In this document: one piece after another, positions 35,380 to 50,115 of the stretch | How positions within the stretch are numbered: the stretch's first letter is position 1 | How the letters are laid out: each line of letters starts with the position of its first letter | Origin: Podarcis gaigeae | Lineage: Eukaryota | Length of the DNA stretch: 64,000 nt | NCBI GenBank assembly: GCA_964106915.2 | Contig: OZ066922.1 | Direction: 5' to 3' (one strand) | Translations under genes and position numbers: made by a program | The notes under the pieces: generated by a model | What the model was told of the DNA's origin: nothing | The model's database searches: none | Seen by the model: the letters and a program-made list of their open reading frames with translations, nothing else

Positions 35380-35702
35380 CAGGGCAGGGAAACATACTTT
35401 TCTGCACAAACCTCTGGGTGCCACATGCCAGTGTTGCATGGGGACAGAGTTAAAAGTGAGAGAAGCAACGACTGCAAATTCTACCTTTGTACAGTAGTCT
35501 AATTTCCACACACACCCTCCTCTCTGTGCTCCATCTAGGTGAGCAAATGGCATTGCCGGACTTCAAGGGCACAGGTAAAAATGGTCAAGGAGGATGCAAA
35601 GCAGAGCTGTGGAGGGTGTGGCCAGTGAGAGAGTCATTAGGGTCAGAGAGAGAGTCTTGCGGGGCTGCATTTGATCTCTGGGCCTGAGGTTCCTTATTCC
35701 TG
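35380..35702. mobile_element. Old hAT (Charlie-like) element
   Basis: caggg...cctg ends; degenerate 8-bp flanks ccctaggt/ctctagac. Confidence 0.5.
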
Positions 35703-35729
35703 CTCTAGACAGTTTAGGAGGAGACAATA

Positions 35730-35956
35730 CAGTGGCACCTTGGGTTAAGTACTTAATTTGTTCCAGAGGTCCATTCTTAACCTGAAACTGTTCTTAACCT
35801 GAGGTACCACTTTAGCTAATGGGGCTTCCAGCTGCTGCTGTGCCGCCGGAGCATGATTTCTGTTCTCATCCTGAAGCAAAGTTCTTAACCCGAGGTACTA
35901 TTTCTGGGTTAGCTGGAGTCTGTAACCTGAAGTGTATGTAACCCGAGGTACCACTG
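35730..35956 (+). mobile_element. Tc1/mariner MITE, family A
   Basis: Same TIRs and body; TA TSD. Confidence 0.9.
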
Positions 35957-36633
35957 TACTGACAAACCTTGGGAAACCAGGTTCAGAGTCATATTTTGAA
36001 TATTTTAATGCCTGTTTTAACTGTTTTTTAATCAACCATTTTAATGTTTTGTTTACATTGTTGAAAATTACTTAGCAGTGTTTTGTTTTTACAGTTAGGA
36101 AGTATACAATTTTTATTAAGTACATAATATTGTTTATATTGTATGTGTGAATTAATTGCATTGTAACCACAATGAGACCTGAGGGTATAGGGAAGTATAC
36201 AAATAATAATAATAAGTTGCTTTAGCATGCGGTGACTCATAAATTTAATGATGGGGATGGGGATGAACATTGCTGCAGATTCCATTCTGCTGGAGCAACA
36301 CAACTACTAAGCCTCCGCAGAACATCTGTATAGCAATGCATAAAGGTAGACTAAAGAGCATTTTGATTCTAAGTTGTCCCCCCGCCCAAAGCACACACAT
36401 TATATTTACAAGTGGAAATTACAAACCAATTAAAGCAACATACACACCTTAAGAAGAAACAGAAAAATAAATTAAATAATCAACATAGATAGGTAGACAG
36501 GGATGAAAAGTATGTTGTTCACCAGTATGTAGATGTGCAGAGATTATAGTTCTTCAAACTTGGGAGGTGGCAAGATGAAACAATTTCTATTTGTGGCACA
36601 CAAGTTCCTTTCCCCACCTGTATTGCTCTAGGC

Positions 36634-36769
36634 CAGTGATGGCCAGACTTGGCCCTCCAGCTGTTTTGGGACTACAATTCCTAGCATCCCTGACCACTGG
36701 TCATGTTAGCTAGGGATGGTGGGAGTTGTAGTCCCAAAACAGCTGGAGGGCCAAGTTTGGCCATCACTG
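36634..36769. mobile_element. Palindromic hAT MITE (136 bp)
   Basis: Fold-back structure; 8-bp TSD ctctaggc. Confidence 0.9.
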
Positions 36770-38355
36770 CTCTAGGCAGTCCTTGGCAATTTGGATATAC
36801 CACACACAATAACTTACTACACCATCGACTTAAAACAGGTATGCTGAATGGAAAGCAAGAGACAACAGCAGGTCTTGCCCTCCAACCTCCATATGTCCAA
36901 CCAAAACATGTAACTGTGTACATAGCCTGCACGCATATTACTTGTAATATGGCTCCCTCCATGTGACTGGGGACCTTTCCCCAGCTCATCCTAGAGGACA
37001 GAGGGCATGCCCATTCCTCTCTCTTGCAGATCAACCAACCATTACCAGCGTTTTCCTTTTTCCTGGTGCTGTTTCTCCTAAATGTACTCCCTTGAAAAGT
37101 CTCTTTGTCCTGTCTTTCTCCTCCCTCCCTCCCTCCCTGTTCTCTGCTGCTTACAAAGGGAAAGTGGACACTCCTACTCATCCTGATTTCCAGCCCCGGT
37201 CCTCATCTAGTCCACTTGGGCTGAGTTCCAGCCAGCTGGCAGTGGGCCACACTGTCTCAGTCACTATCTCCTCCCGAGTCACATTGCTCTTTTAATTTCC
37301 CCTAAAGCTCCCAAGTGCAAGGGTAACTGTGGCAGAAAAGATTGGCTAGATCCAGCCACCTGGCATCGCTTGAAGTACCAGGACAGCCGGGGGTGGGGTG
37401 GGGGGGTGGGGGGTGGAGGGCCAGGACCTGAGGCCTGATACTAGTCTTTGGTGCCAGATCTGGCAGGCCTTCTTGTTGTCATCCCTTCAAAGGAATTCAT
37501 TTTCTGATCTGGACTATAGTGTGACAAAATCATAAAGCACATTTTGAATCTCTTCCCCCCCCCCTTTAAAATGAAACTGGTAAGAATCACAGGAAATGTA
37601 TTTATGTGTGGCTTCTTGTCGTCTTTTGAATCAAAGGCAAAAAAGGACCACAATAATTCTTCCATACAACTTATTAGCAAGCTTGATTCTCATCTCTGTC
37701 TTTTTTAGGCCACTTCATGGGAAGAATGTTTACAGCTAGATCCTAGTCTGTCTTGGTGCATTCGAAAGCTGCCTTCTTCAAATTATGTTTTCAAACTAAC
37801 CACGGCAACTCCTGATTATATGTCATAGCTTTTTTATGAAACTCAACATTTAAGCTAAAAAGCAACTGCTTCGGATTCATACCCAAATAATTTGTGTGCC
37901 TTGCCCTTTGCTTCCTAACCTCAGGGATTTTAACCTTTTAAATGGTTTTAACGTTTGCTTGCCTGCTGTCTCCACGGACTATATGGACATCTACAATACA
38001 CAATGAAATTACCTCCTCTCCCAATTTGTATTCTTGCATCCATGTGACATTAACAATCTCTGCAGTAATAAGACTACATAAAAAAGGTCAGAAATTGCCA
38101 TTGGCAAAGAAGAAGCTCAGCTTGATTACTTATAACATACAATGCTAAGCAGCTCGTATAACTGCTCCTATGATTAATGACTTATTGATTACCAATATGA
38201 AAGCTTGCTGCATTTGAGGGGGGAGAATCCATCTTATTTTTCATAAAACAAAAAAGTCATTTAAGTTATCTTACTATATGATTCCCTTTTCTCATTGCTT
38301 AGCCTTTCTCTTATAATCAGTTCATTCATTTATTTCTTTTTAAAAGTTCCATATA

Positions 38356-38611
38356 CAGTGGAACTCAGTTTCTGAATGTCTCCATTAACAAACATTTTGG
38401 TTTTTGAACGCCGTAAACCTGGAAGTAAATGCTTCAGTTTTCGAACATGCCTCGGAAGTCGAACATGCTACCTGGCTGCCGCTGAGTGCAAGATCCTGAG
38501 GCCTACCTGTCTGCTATTGAGTTTTCGGTTTCCAAAGTTTCAGAACTCGAACGGTCTTAGAACTCAACGGTCTTCCGGAACGGATTATGTTCAAAAACCA
38601 AGGTAGCATTG
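38356..38611. mobile_element. Tc1/mariner MITE, family B (diverged)
   Basis: ta-cagtggaact...aggtagcattg-ta; internal ttcgaa-type repeats. Confidence 0.7.
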
Positions 38612-40392
38612 TAACAGCCTCCACCTCTGCCTCAGCTGCCTCACTCTCACTTAAATTTTTGCTTGCTTAGCCCCCAACCTGCCCCCACTTCTTCCTCTGA
38701 CCTGTCTTCTGTATGCTACCATCATTCTCCTTTCTTGGAACCTTCCCACTCTGATGCTTCTCGGAGGGGCTCCCTAGCTGTAGCCTCCCACTCTTCCTCC
38801 TCGTCTAGCCAGTCCTTGACACCTAGTCACCAGTTGTGGGTGGCAGGGCAGGGCAGCTTTGTTGATCTGGCCTTCCAATGCTGCATGTTGCTATCAGCTG
38901 TGGTACCAAGAGGGAGGGCCCTAGTAGCAGAGAGCTCAGCGTGGGCACAGTGGCAGAGCCAATCCAACGCTCTCTCCATGATGCCTGCACTGTACTGAGT
39001 TAGTCACCCACAGCTTTCCCCTTTCCCTTCTGCCTCTCAGTAACCAACAGTGATGGACAGCATAAGAAAGACCTGCCTCCCACTGCCAGCTGCTACTGCT
39101 ACTTCTTCCAAATAGCCCAGCCTCTACTGCTTCATTGGAATCTTTGCAGAAATTCGGGAAAGCTGACTCAGGGGGGTTACAGCAGAAGCAGTGTCAAATG
39201 CAGACATTATTTTTAAAAGTGAGTCAGGCTGAACAAATTAAGATGGGAAGATCGGGGGAGTGACAAGGTGAGGCCAAGGGGGATGATACCATAAGAGATG
39301 GGAATGGGAAAAAGAGACAGAGTGCAATGAAGACAGGGTGAGAATGAAGGAGTCCAAGGCCAGAATGACTCATTGCTAAGTAACAGCCTGACAGCCTGCT
39401 CGAAGTGTCCCTGGAAGTTCATCTGTGGAGAGGTGAACTTATCAGACGTTTAATCAAAGAATGAAGAAAAAAATAGTGACTTATGAAGGAAGGGTAGTTC
39501 TAGTGTTATACTGGCAGAATGTTAAAACACCTGTGCACAGATAGATGAGAACTTATTTCAGCCTTGGGCAAATGATGGGAAAACAGTACTATATAATAGC
39601 TTTTACAGATATGGTATGTGAAAAGACTGTATAAGAAAGGCTTATGTTCCTTTATTTTTTAAAAAATGTTTCTCCAAATCCAGATTACAGGTTAATTTAG
39701 GATGACTAAGGCTATTTTTAGGCATCAAATGTGCTTATCATATCAAGGCCTAAAGCTTCTTTTCTATCAGCATTTATTCATCTTTAGCATAATAATGTAT
39801 TATTATATATAATAATCTAATATTTATATTCTGCCTTTCAGCAAAGCTTTGAGATTGGTTTACAAAACCAAGATACAAAATCTGAAATAAAGTACAGCAA
39901 ATTACAGTATGTTAAAAAAGCTTGGAGAATAAAAAAATGCTTTTGCCTGATGCCAAAGAGACAACAGTGTTCATACCACTTAAGTGTTTCTTGTCAGAGA
40001 ATTTCACATATAGAGTCTCATCACTGAGAACGCTCCTTCTTTGCTTCCAATCACCCTACCTTGGGGCACCTTTATGAAAGCTTCTGATGACCTCAACACA
40101 GACACATTGGTATAGGAACAGGTCTTCTTTCAGGGACTAGGCTATGTACAGCTCTGAAAGTAAGCACCCATACATTGAGTTGCACCTAGGTATGCATCAG
40201 AAGGCACCATTGTTCTTTCAGTACCAGAAAATATGTTTTTACCAGCCTTGTATGTCCCCACCAACCTAGCTGTTGTTTTCAAAGGCAGCACAATGCAGTA
40301 GTCCGTCCTAGATGCTATTCACAGAAGAGCTCCTTCCTTCCTCTGGAGGAAATGTGGCCCCAGAAAAGCCTTACTTGACTTCTAATGCTATA

Positions 40393-40629
40393 CAGTCAAA
40401 CCTCGGTTGTCGAACATAATCCATTCCAGAAGCCTGCTGAGCTTCTGAAACATTCGACAACCGAGGCTTCTGATTGCTTGCAAGAGCTTCCTGCGCTCAA
40501 GTGGAAGCCATGTCGGACATCCGACTTCTGAAAAACATTCAAAAACTGGAGCTTTTAATTCCAGGTTTTTTGGCGTTCGGGAGCCGAAACGTTCGAAAAC
40601 AGAGCCGTTTGGGAGCCGAGGTTTGACTG
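40393..40629. mobile_element. Tc1/mariner MITE, family B-like
   Basis: Perfect 14-bp TIR cagtcaaacctcgg/ccgaggtttgactg; TA TSD. Confidence 0.85.
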
Positions 40630-42217
40630 TACGTGTATGTCCTGTACAGTGCAATACCTTAATGTTTTAAAAATAAGCTATGCTATTTTGGCTACATAGG
40701 GATCAGCACTTAAGAGAATGAATTCACTTTTAGAATGTGAGGTTTTCATTTCCATATACCTTTTATCTGTCCAGAATAAATTATGTACGTTTTGTTCCCC
40801 AAAATGGAAAAGATCAGAACCAGCCTCTTGGGTTGTTGGCCATACTAAGGCATAAACTTAAATCAGGCTCAGATGTGTTTAGGTGTGTACCAGATAACTA
40901 CTTAGAGATTAATTATTTAGAAAAATGGGGGAAATATTGGGGGGGGGGAGAAGAAGAAGGGTAGTTTCTGTGTTAGAAGAAGCAACACTTACTTTTCAAA
41001 CATTAATGTGTCATAGTGTATGACACACACACCACACACCAGCACTAGCAGTCATGTATGGCTGATAGGGGTGTTAAAATAATTTCATGGAGGACAAAGG
41101 GGGAAGGAGGAGTGTGAGAAAGGGATTGTCAGGACGAAATCATGCTTCTGTACATGGACGACTGAGTGCTGGAAATCGCAGGTCAGGTTCCATGCTGATG
41201 AAGCTATTTCTCTAGTTGACAACTGTCAAGTAGATGTCTAAGGAACCCATGAATATTCAAGTACTGTTCTGTGGCACATTTAGCATTTTGAAGCCAGGAA
41301 AATAGAACTCATGTAATATGAAAGGACTGCTCCATGTCGCCTTGTAGCAAATGTTTCCATTAAGATGATATATGGACAAATTCACACCTTCATCTGCTCA
41401 GAGTGCCCTACTGTATTTTCAATCAGCTGCATTACTTTGCTTTGAAAGCATTACCGTTGGTCTACATTGGCCTTCCCGATGGGAGGATCTCAAAGGCTAG
41501 TGTTATAGTCAGTGTGTGGAATTTCTTTTAATACTGATAGATGTGGGTGAGTTCCAAAACTGAGTGCACTTTTTTCTTTTTTTGCAATGCAATCAAATCA
41601 TCTGCTAGAAGGAACTTTCTAAAGGCAAGATGTCCCCCATAAATTACTATCAGGCCTCCAAGTGGCAGTCAGTTGCTTCAAGCATCTTTCTGCTCTTCAA
41701 CTCAGATAATTCTCAATATACAAACCAACAACGGACTGGTCATTGTTCAGACAAACTCAAAAGCAGGTGGGGTGCAAGAGAAGAGAGCACCAAAGGAGAA
41801 TGAACTGCCAAATCAAAAACAATTATGGGAACAAACACACACACATTTGATCCCATTCTTTACACCCATTCTGGGAGGTGTCAGGGGCATGGAAGAGCCT
41901 CCCTTGAACTGCCCCCAACCTTCTCTCTACAAATGCTTCTTATTTGCCCTGCCTGCTGTTGACATGCCAATGGGGGGCACAGCTGTGAAGATTTCTGTGG
42001 CTGCAGAGATAATTCCTCGGTTACTGGACCTCTACTTATGTGTGAACGCACATACTTATAATCAGCTTGAATACCTCCAAAAATAAGTTCCCCCCCAAAA
42101 TCCATGTTGGGGCAATAAAATAGATGTGTTTTGCCAAAAGAAACTATACCAATACATTTTCCAGGATTACTTACGTACGTGATTTAAAATTTACAAAAAT
42201 ACTGACAATGCTTCAGT

Positions 42218-42544
42218 TTACCTGAAGGAGCATCTCTACCCCCATTGTTCAGCCCAGACACTGAGGTCCAGTGCCGAGGCCCTTCTGGCGCTTCCCTCAC
42301 TGTGAGAAGTGAAGTTACAGGGAACCAGGCAGAGGGCTTTTTTCGGTAGTGGCGCCCACCCTGTGGAATGCCCTCCCATCAGATGTCAAGTAAATAAATA
42401 ACTACCTGACATTTAGAAGATATCTGAAGGCAGCCCTGTTTAGGGAAGTTTTTAATGACTGCTGTTTTAATGTATTTTTAATCTTTTGTTGGAAGCCGCC
42501 CAGAGTGGCTGGGGAAACCCAGATGTGCGGGGTAGAAATAATAA

Positions 42545-42592
<48 letters not shown>
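42218..42592 (+). mobile_element. L2 LINE 3' end with (ATT)n tail
   Basis: ccctgtggaatgccctccc ORF2 end; gaagccgcccagagtggct 3' motif; (att)n tail at 42546-42592. Confidence 0.8.
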
Positions 42593-43968
42593 GAATGATT
42601 TCAAGTTAACTTTTATTTGATATTAGATTTACAAAATGGTACACATGTGAGACCATTGATTTTTGTCATTTTATAGTATTTCTAAATAATAGCTCTGAAA
42701 CAGGATATTGCCAGCATTCAGAATCTGGTGAACTTTTAAAATTTGGATTTTGAATGCCTAAATCAATGTCAACGTTTCCAATTTTGGCAGAGTACATGAT
42801 GAAAGGGCCTTGTAATCGAACTGGCAATGTTAACATTTTTAGTGAGCAATACATCATACTGTATTGACTGGAAGTGAAAATCAAAGAGCTATTTTTGACT
42901 GCATGGGATTGCCCATTCAAAGGTCAGGAATGTGACAGTTCTACACTACAGCTACAAAGAAACAGATGTAACCCCACTCTTTTATACTTGTATGACAGTT
43001 TTCATTTGCATTGAAAGGGAGACAGGACTGTGGCTGAATAAGGAAGGAGCATGGATTAGTAGCTGGCAGTGGAAGCTGCATTCAAAGAACGCTAAATAAC
43101 TCTGAGAATAAATTACCTTATTACCCAGGAGTCACAGATAGAGGTTTGTTGATTGTAGCGTCACATTTAGGACTACATGCAACCAGACTGAGTATGAATG
43201 TGAGAAACAAAATGGATAGAATCTATCCTTTGACTGCATCTTTTCATACAAGATGAAAGCATATTTCCAAGACACAGTTTAAACAGTTGGCCTGTTAACA
43301 AGCATCTGTCAGCAATGATCTGGTAAATTTTAGGACATTCAGCTATGGAATATACCTCTTGAAGTTATGTAAATTTTACTTTTGTATGGTAAGCTAGTTT
43401 CTACACAAACTCTCATCCCCCTCTCTACACTCCATCCAGGTAAGCAAGGGGCATTAGGAGATTGCAAGGACGTATTCCAGCCGGGTAGAAACAGTCAAGG
43501 AAGATGTGGAACAGAAGTGGTGATGGGTGTCCCCTGAGGAGACAAGGTGTGGCTGAGGAGGGTGCGTGGTCTTGGAAGAGTCCCAAGGGACAAGACAGAG
43601 CAGCTTTGAGTCATTGGGCCTGAAGTTCCCCACCCTTGAGTTATGAAGATGCTTATTATTCATTACCTATATCAGTCACATGGGTATTGACAATATGGAT
43701 GCACTTGAACCTGGGGGGAGGACGTTACATCTTACAAATTTTTCACCTCAAATAAGATATATTAATCTGTGAGAATAACTGCCTCACATTTTCCTTAAGG
43801 TCAATTTCTGTCCCCACCCAATCCTGTAAGAATAATTACTCTTCATAGCTTTAAACCAGTTTTTACCAACATGGTGTCCTCCAGATCTTTTGGATTACAA
43901 CCATGGTAGCTCAAGGCTCATGGGAGTTGCCATCCAAAACATCTGGAAAGCATCAGGTTAGCTTAAAT

Positions 43969-44104
43969 CAGCATTTCTCAAACTTGAGCCTCTAGCTGTT
44001 GTTGGACTACAACTCCCATCATCCGTAACTAGCAGGATCACTGGTGAGGGGTGAGGGTAGTTGTAGTCCAACTAGAGCTGGAGAATCAAGTTTGAGAAAC
44101 ACCA
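43969..44104. mobile_element. Palindromic hAT MITE (136 bp); related relic adjacent at ~43857-43960
   Basis: Fold-back structure; TSD gcttaaat/gcttaaac. Confidence 0.8.
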
Positions 44105-47100
44105 GCTTAAACTTTTGCAAGGTCAGTTGTGAACTGGTCTCAGAAAATGCAATTCCTATCTATCCCTTTACACATGAAATTTCCAAGCATACCTATTTGT
44201 GTATGTACACCTTGCTGCAAAGAATATACGTAAGTTCTTCTTTTTCTATTTTACAATGAGAATATAAATTCTTAAGGAATAGCAGCAAGCCACAAAGTGT
44301 CTCTGATGCCATAATTAGTTTTTCCTCATTTGAGTCAACTTCTATCATCAGACAATCCCTACTGATTGGAACAGACTTGTCTGTTATTCCTTCGGCTTTA
44401 TTTATCCCTGTTATTCCTGTGGCTTATTTTTCCCATGGCACTATTTATTTTTTACACTTATTACATATCAGTGATTTTAGTTATGGAAAACATCTAATGC
44501 CATTTATTTATCTCCCTTGGGCTGCATCCCACATTGCTAGAGAGAAAGGCAGCTCCTACAACCTTCCCATACCTCATTTCTGCAGCTCCCTGGATGCCTC
44601 CACAGAGGGTTTTGGGGGGAACTTACTGAATACTGCAGGCTGTGTCTAACAGGGCTCCAGTGGGAAGCATAGTAGAATCCTGCATGGCTCCATTTTGTGT
44701 AGGTGTGCAATTTGTGCAGTTCTGCAGCCCTGTAGGATGCAGCCACAATGTAAGTAAGGACCACCAACACTCTGGTGAAGCTCTTTGGTGGAGGCAAGGG
44801 GCTGAAGGCAGGAAGAGGGGAGATGAATTGAAAGAGCTTATTTCTGCTTGTGCAGTCTTGGATACAGAACCCTATGCTTTTATTAGCAACTTAGAAAGCT
44901 AACCACTGAACTATGTAGCTCAGAATCGTCTACACTGATCTCCATGGTTTCAGACAGGGGTCTCTTCCAGAACCTATCTTCAGAAGCCAAGGGTTGGACT
45001 TTGGACCCTCTGCATGCGACATTGATGCTCTACCACTGAGCTGCAGCTCTTCTCACATCAGCTGTCTTGATCTAATATATTCTCAGTTCCCTTTGTTTTG
45101 ATCTTTATCTTCCACGGTGCCGTTTCAGATGCTTCTGTCAAAATGCACAGGCCTATTCTGAACAATCTCAAATGAACATCAGGTAGAATCTTCTGCCTGC
45201 TTCTGAAGCAAATGTTAAGTATTGTGTTTACAGCAGCACTAATTATAGGATATATAAATATGAGCATTTATTCAGTATATTAGCCTTTCTGGTATTTTCA
45301 TACTAGACCAGATGGCTATGGGAGATTTTCAGTTAATTAAAACATTTCCTGTATTGCTCAGATGTACAGCTATAAAGGATGTTTTTAATTGTATACAATG
45401 TTGAAATATATCCCTTTTCAACAATTTATAGAGACTGGTGCTCCCTGCCATAATACATTTTAGCTGTAGATGTAATAGTACAGGGACAAGGTGGTTGGAT
45501 TGGTCAGGGTAATCACCTGCGCTCTGGACCCTTGCCCTTCTTGGCTGATAAAAACTAGTAGGAAGGGGACAGCTGGCTGCGCCAATCATCTGATTAATGC
45601 TTCCTTGTGAAAGGGAGTGGTTCCTGCCTGCTTGGAGGCAGTAGTAAGACTCTCCATGGATTCAGAAAATCTAAGTAATTACCAGCCACTTGCCAATCTC
45701 CCTTTCTTGGGCAGTGATGGGAAGACAGGTGATCAGTGCCACCTCACCAACCACTATAGCTAACACAGCTTTGGGATGTCATATACTTAAAGTTGATTGG
45801 CTAAGAGGCACCATGAACCTTCACATTTACCACATTAGCACCAGTTAGCTAGAATAACCAGAAAACACTGGGCGCTTTTCTTTTTCTAGATAATGGATCC
45901 CTGAGAAGGCTAGCACTTTAAAGTACCAAATTCTTTAGCCAGTTCATTTGAGGCCAAATTCTCTTAATGTTTTCATTATAGGTTAGTAGCAGAATGTGCA
46001 TTAGGTACACATCAATAAACGGTTTAAGCAGGAAGGATTTAATTAAGATAAACAGGCTACTAAATATTTGTTTCCTTATCTAATAGATATTCTTCTTCAG
46101 ACTGGGTAATACCTTAGTGCGCCTACAAATGATCAGATACAAGAACATAAAACAGACCTTGCGTAGATCTTTATAACCTTGCATAAATTTTGCTGAATTG
46201 GCTGCAAAAAGTCTCTGTGAAGCATGCTACCAATATTTAGCAACCCGTTGATTTTGGCAGAACACTATATATATTTGAAATGCACTCCGGAAAGTGCAGT
46301 GTTACGAACCATCTACAAATGCAGTTTTTGAAAAGCAGCCATATGAGCACCAGTCTGGATGAAGGGACTCCCACCCTTCTAGCATAATAAAATGATTGGT
46401 ATGAAAGGCTTTTCAGATATCTGTATCTTTTAATAATTCACTTTGAAAAGCCAGCAGTAGCTGGAGGCACAGTCTTACAACTAGTGTCAGAAGGAATGGT
46501 CTATTGTCTAAGAAAGAAGCAATCATCTATTGTGTATCAATGGCACATGGGCCCTGGGAATTTTCAAGGTCGTAATTCCTTTCTGGAAGTTGGTTTCATG
46601 CTGAAGAGCCATAGCACATTGCCTAGGCTTATAGGAGGTGTCATATTTGTTGCCTTATAAACACTATGCTTCAAAAGAGTCAGCAGCATGCTTTAGATTT
46701 ACCAAGAAATACATGGATTTTTTTTTTTTAAGTAGAAGCCAACTGAAAGGCACATTCCCCCTAGATATAAAGCAAGATGCAGTTTTCAAATGAATCCCCA
46801 AATCAAATGCAAGCCTCAAAGGCTAGTAAAATGCATATAACTGCAGTTGGAAGTAGTCTGGAAACTGAGATGCTAATAAAAATCAAACTGTGAAGAATTG
46901 GGAGCTGTTCGAAAGAATGCCTTATTTTCTACAATTGCTTTTCAAACAGCTTAAATAAAAGCTGGATCACCTTTGATGGCAAATGCTTTATTCTTAGCTT
47001 TCCTAAAGTAACCATCTCTAGCACACCATTCAAATCACTGACAAACTGTATCCTCTGCAGTTTAGCATGAAAGAAAAATCAGCAACATGAGTGTTTCTTC

Positions 47101-47520
47101 ATGTATTCTCCCTCCCACCCCCAGGGACAAACACATTTCAGTAACAATATTATACATAAGCCATACACTACAAATGTGTTCAAGAGTTGGCAGTCTAAGG
47201 AAGTATAGTAGCTGCTCAGCTGACGCTGTCGTTTGTAAAAAACCAAATGCCAAAACACTTCACAGAATTAATTCAGCAAGACGGCAAGGGCACATATAAG
47301 TAGCAGACAACAGAGTCAAAGACTCCGCTGCAAATGAAAGTACAGTACGCACAAGATTAAACAAATGCAACAGTCCAAAATTAAGCCACAGTCCTTGTGT
47401 ATTAATTAAGCTTCAGGTCTGGCCTCAATATCTTACCCTCACATCTTTAGGAAGCTCACCCTGTATTTCAGTAGTGGGCAGAAGGCAGCTCAGGATCCCC
47501 TGGTGTAATTGGGGTTGATA

Positions 47521-47901
47521 CCGTATTTTTCGCCCTATAGGACGCACTTTTCCCCCTCCAAAAATGAAGGGGAAATGTGTGTGCGTCCTGTGGGGTGAAT
47601 GCAGGCTTCAGGAAGCTATCCGCAAGCCTTGGGAGCCCAAGGGAGTTCCCGCCAGGCTCCCACGGCTTGCGGAGAGCTGCCTGCACCCCGAAGCCTGGGC
47701 GCACTGAGCAGTTGCGCCTGGGCTTCGGATAGCTCTCCACAAGCCGTGGGAGGGCTCCCACGGCTTGCGGAAAGCAGCCTGTTCTGGGGGCTGGGGTCGG
47801 GGGAAGCTCGGGCCTGGGGGAAAATTCCCCCCCTTTATTTCCCCCCAAAAAACCTAGGTGCGCCCTATGGGCCGGTGCGCCCAATGGGGTGAAAAATACG
47901 G
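47521..47901 (+). mobile_element. Tc1/mariner non-autonomous element, family C (GC-rich core)
   Basis: TIR ccgtatttttc.ccc / ggg.gaaaaatacgg; TA TSD. Confidence 0.88.
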
Positions 47902-48037
47902 TAATTTGCAATGTCCAAACATTCTTACAAAGAACCGTCTGAGGCTGCCAAGGCATTCCTGGCTCCTATTTGTCAAACATTTGTCTCTGTACATCCTGAA
48001 AAGATAGCCAAAGATAGCATTTCTTCCTAGGGAAAAT

Positions 48038-48369
48038 AGGTAACGGTAAAGAGACCCCTGACCATTAGGTCCAGTCGCAGACGACTCTGGGGTTGTGGTG
48101 CTCATCTCGCTTTACTGGTCTAAGGAGCCGGCATACATGTGGCCAGCATGACTAAACCGCTTCTGGAGAACCAGAGCAGCACACGAAAACACCTTTTACC
48201 TTCCTGCCACAGCAGTACCTATTTATCTACTTGCACTTTGTGCTTTCAAACTGCTAGGTTGGCAGGAGCAGGGACTGAGCAATGGGAGCTCACCCCATTG
48301 TGGGGATTCGAACTGCCGACCTTCTGATCGGCAAGCCCTAGGCTCCTGGTTTAACCCACAGCGCCACCT
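48038..48369 (-). mobile_element. Sauria-type SINE
   Basis: Reverse-complement match to the other copies, with small deletions. Confidence 0.88.
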
Positions 48370-49873
48370 TATTAAATCAGGGTGCTGAAAGGTTAACAAA
48401 ATCCCTACAGAAAAGAGCCGTCGTTGACTAATACATGTTCATGTTCCAGAGTCTATATCACTTTGATGTACTTTTACCCTGGGGTTAATCTAAAATGAAA
48501 CGGTGTTGTCATCCCTGGAGGTGATCAATCTTTCCTGTTTCTAAAGAGTGTGTGTGTAAGAAAGAGAGAGAGTGTGGAAACCACTACCTACTTTCTACAC
48601 ACTTATCAAGCAAGCAAAACAAAAAGCTACATCTCGCAAACACTGCCTGCTCATAGAGACCATCCATCTTAATAGCTAGCTGTAGTTAGGGACAAGATAT
48701 ATGAGCAGACATAAGGCAAAACAAAGCTCTGAACCAGAAGGATGGCAGGATTTAAACAAGAAAAAGAAATTTGTCAACACAAATTTGTTGGTTGGAATTC
48801 TTTGGGGTTGTGCACATTGACACTGCTATTTTGAGCAAATCTCTGTTTACCCTTGGATGCCAATTATTGTGGATTGGCTTAGGGTTTTGCAGCCTTCATA
48901 ATAATCAAGGCACTAAGGGTACGCTGGCTTAACCCTTGCACCAAGTATATATTTCCATGGGAGTTGGGGGGCGGGGCGGACTGGAAATAAAAAATTGCTA
49001 ACAGAAAGACATTTAATGTGATTTGATTATCACAGTGTGCCAGTACAAAACCAGGTTTATGTTGCTAACTCCAGCGTTCCAATTTTTCCAGGTTTCTATT
49101 TTTTTAAAAAAGCAGCAATATTTTTTAAAAAAGCTTTTATAGTTTTGAACATAGACTTGGATATGTGTGGACAACAGTAAAATATTAGATGCTTATGGGG
49201 AACTAAAAGGACTTAAAGCATTAAAGAACAGGCCTTCACTGTTCTCATATACATTTTCATTTCATATTTATAAAAAGTTTATAATATAACCAAAAAAGCT
49301 ATATTTAAAAAGAATTAAAAAGGAATATGAAAAAAGAAACTTTCTTCTACTTCCATGTTTTTCCATGTCTTCTACTTCCATACTAAATTCTATAGTCAAC
49401 ATATGGCATTTGCCTTTAAAAAAACACCCGGACCTTATTTCCAGTTTATGTAATTAAAAAAGCAGAATAGTGCCCAAAAGTTGTACCCTTTTGCAAAGTT
49501 ATGGGTAACTGACAGATCATTCAGGCATCAAAGTGAAAACCTGTATATATATTTTTATTATTATTATTTTAAACCCTACCACTTTAGAAATAATGTTCCC
49601 AAAGGTCCTTCAGAGAAGAAATGTAATTCTTATGTCTGGAGGAGTCAGTGGTGCAGAACTAAGGGATGCTGCTGCCAGCTGTTGGTAAACAAATCTAGGA
49701 AGTGCCACAACCTGTATTTGATCAGTATGGAGGCAAAAGAAAAGCAGGATGATAACTATCAACAGTATTCTCAGGCTACCTACCAACAGCTATCAAAGAA
49801 ATAATGACAAATTTATTCGTTTTACTTTGCTTAAACAGATAAGTTTCGCTGTTTAGGGAATCCTACTGTATTA

Positions 49874-50115
49874 CAGTGGTACCTCGGGTTACATACGCTT
49901 CAAGTTACATGCGCTTCACGTTACAGACTCCGCTAACCCAGAAATAGTACCTCGGATTAAGAACTTTGCTTCAGGGTGAGAACAGAAATCATGCTCCCGC
50001 GGCATGGTAGCAGCAGGAGGCCCCATTAGCTAAAGTGGTGCTTCAGGTTAAGAACAGTTTCAGGTTAAGAACGGACCTCCAGAACGAATTAAGTACTTAA
50101 CCTGAGGTACCACTG
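49874..50115 (-). mobile_element. Tc1/mariner MITE, family A
   Basis: Inverted copy; TA TSD. Confidence 0.9.
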
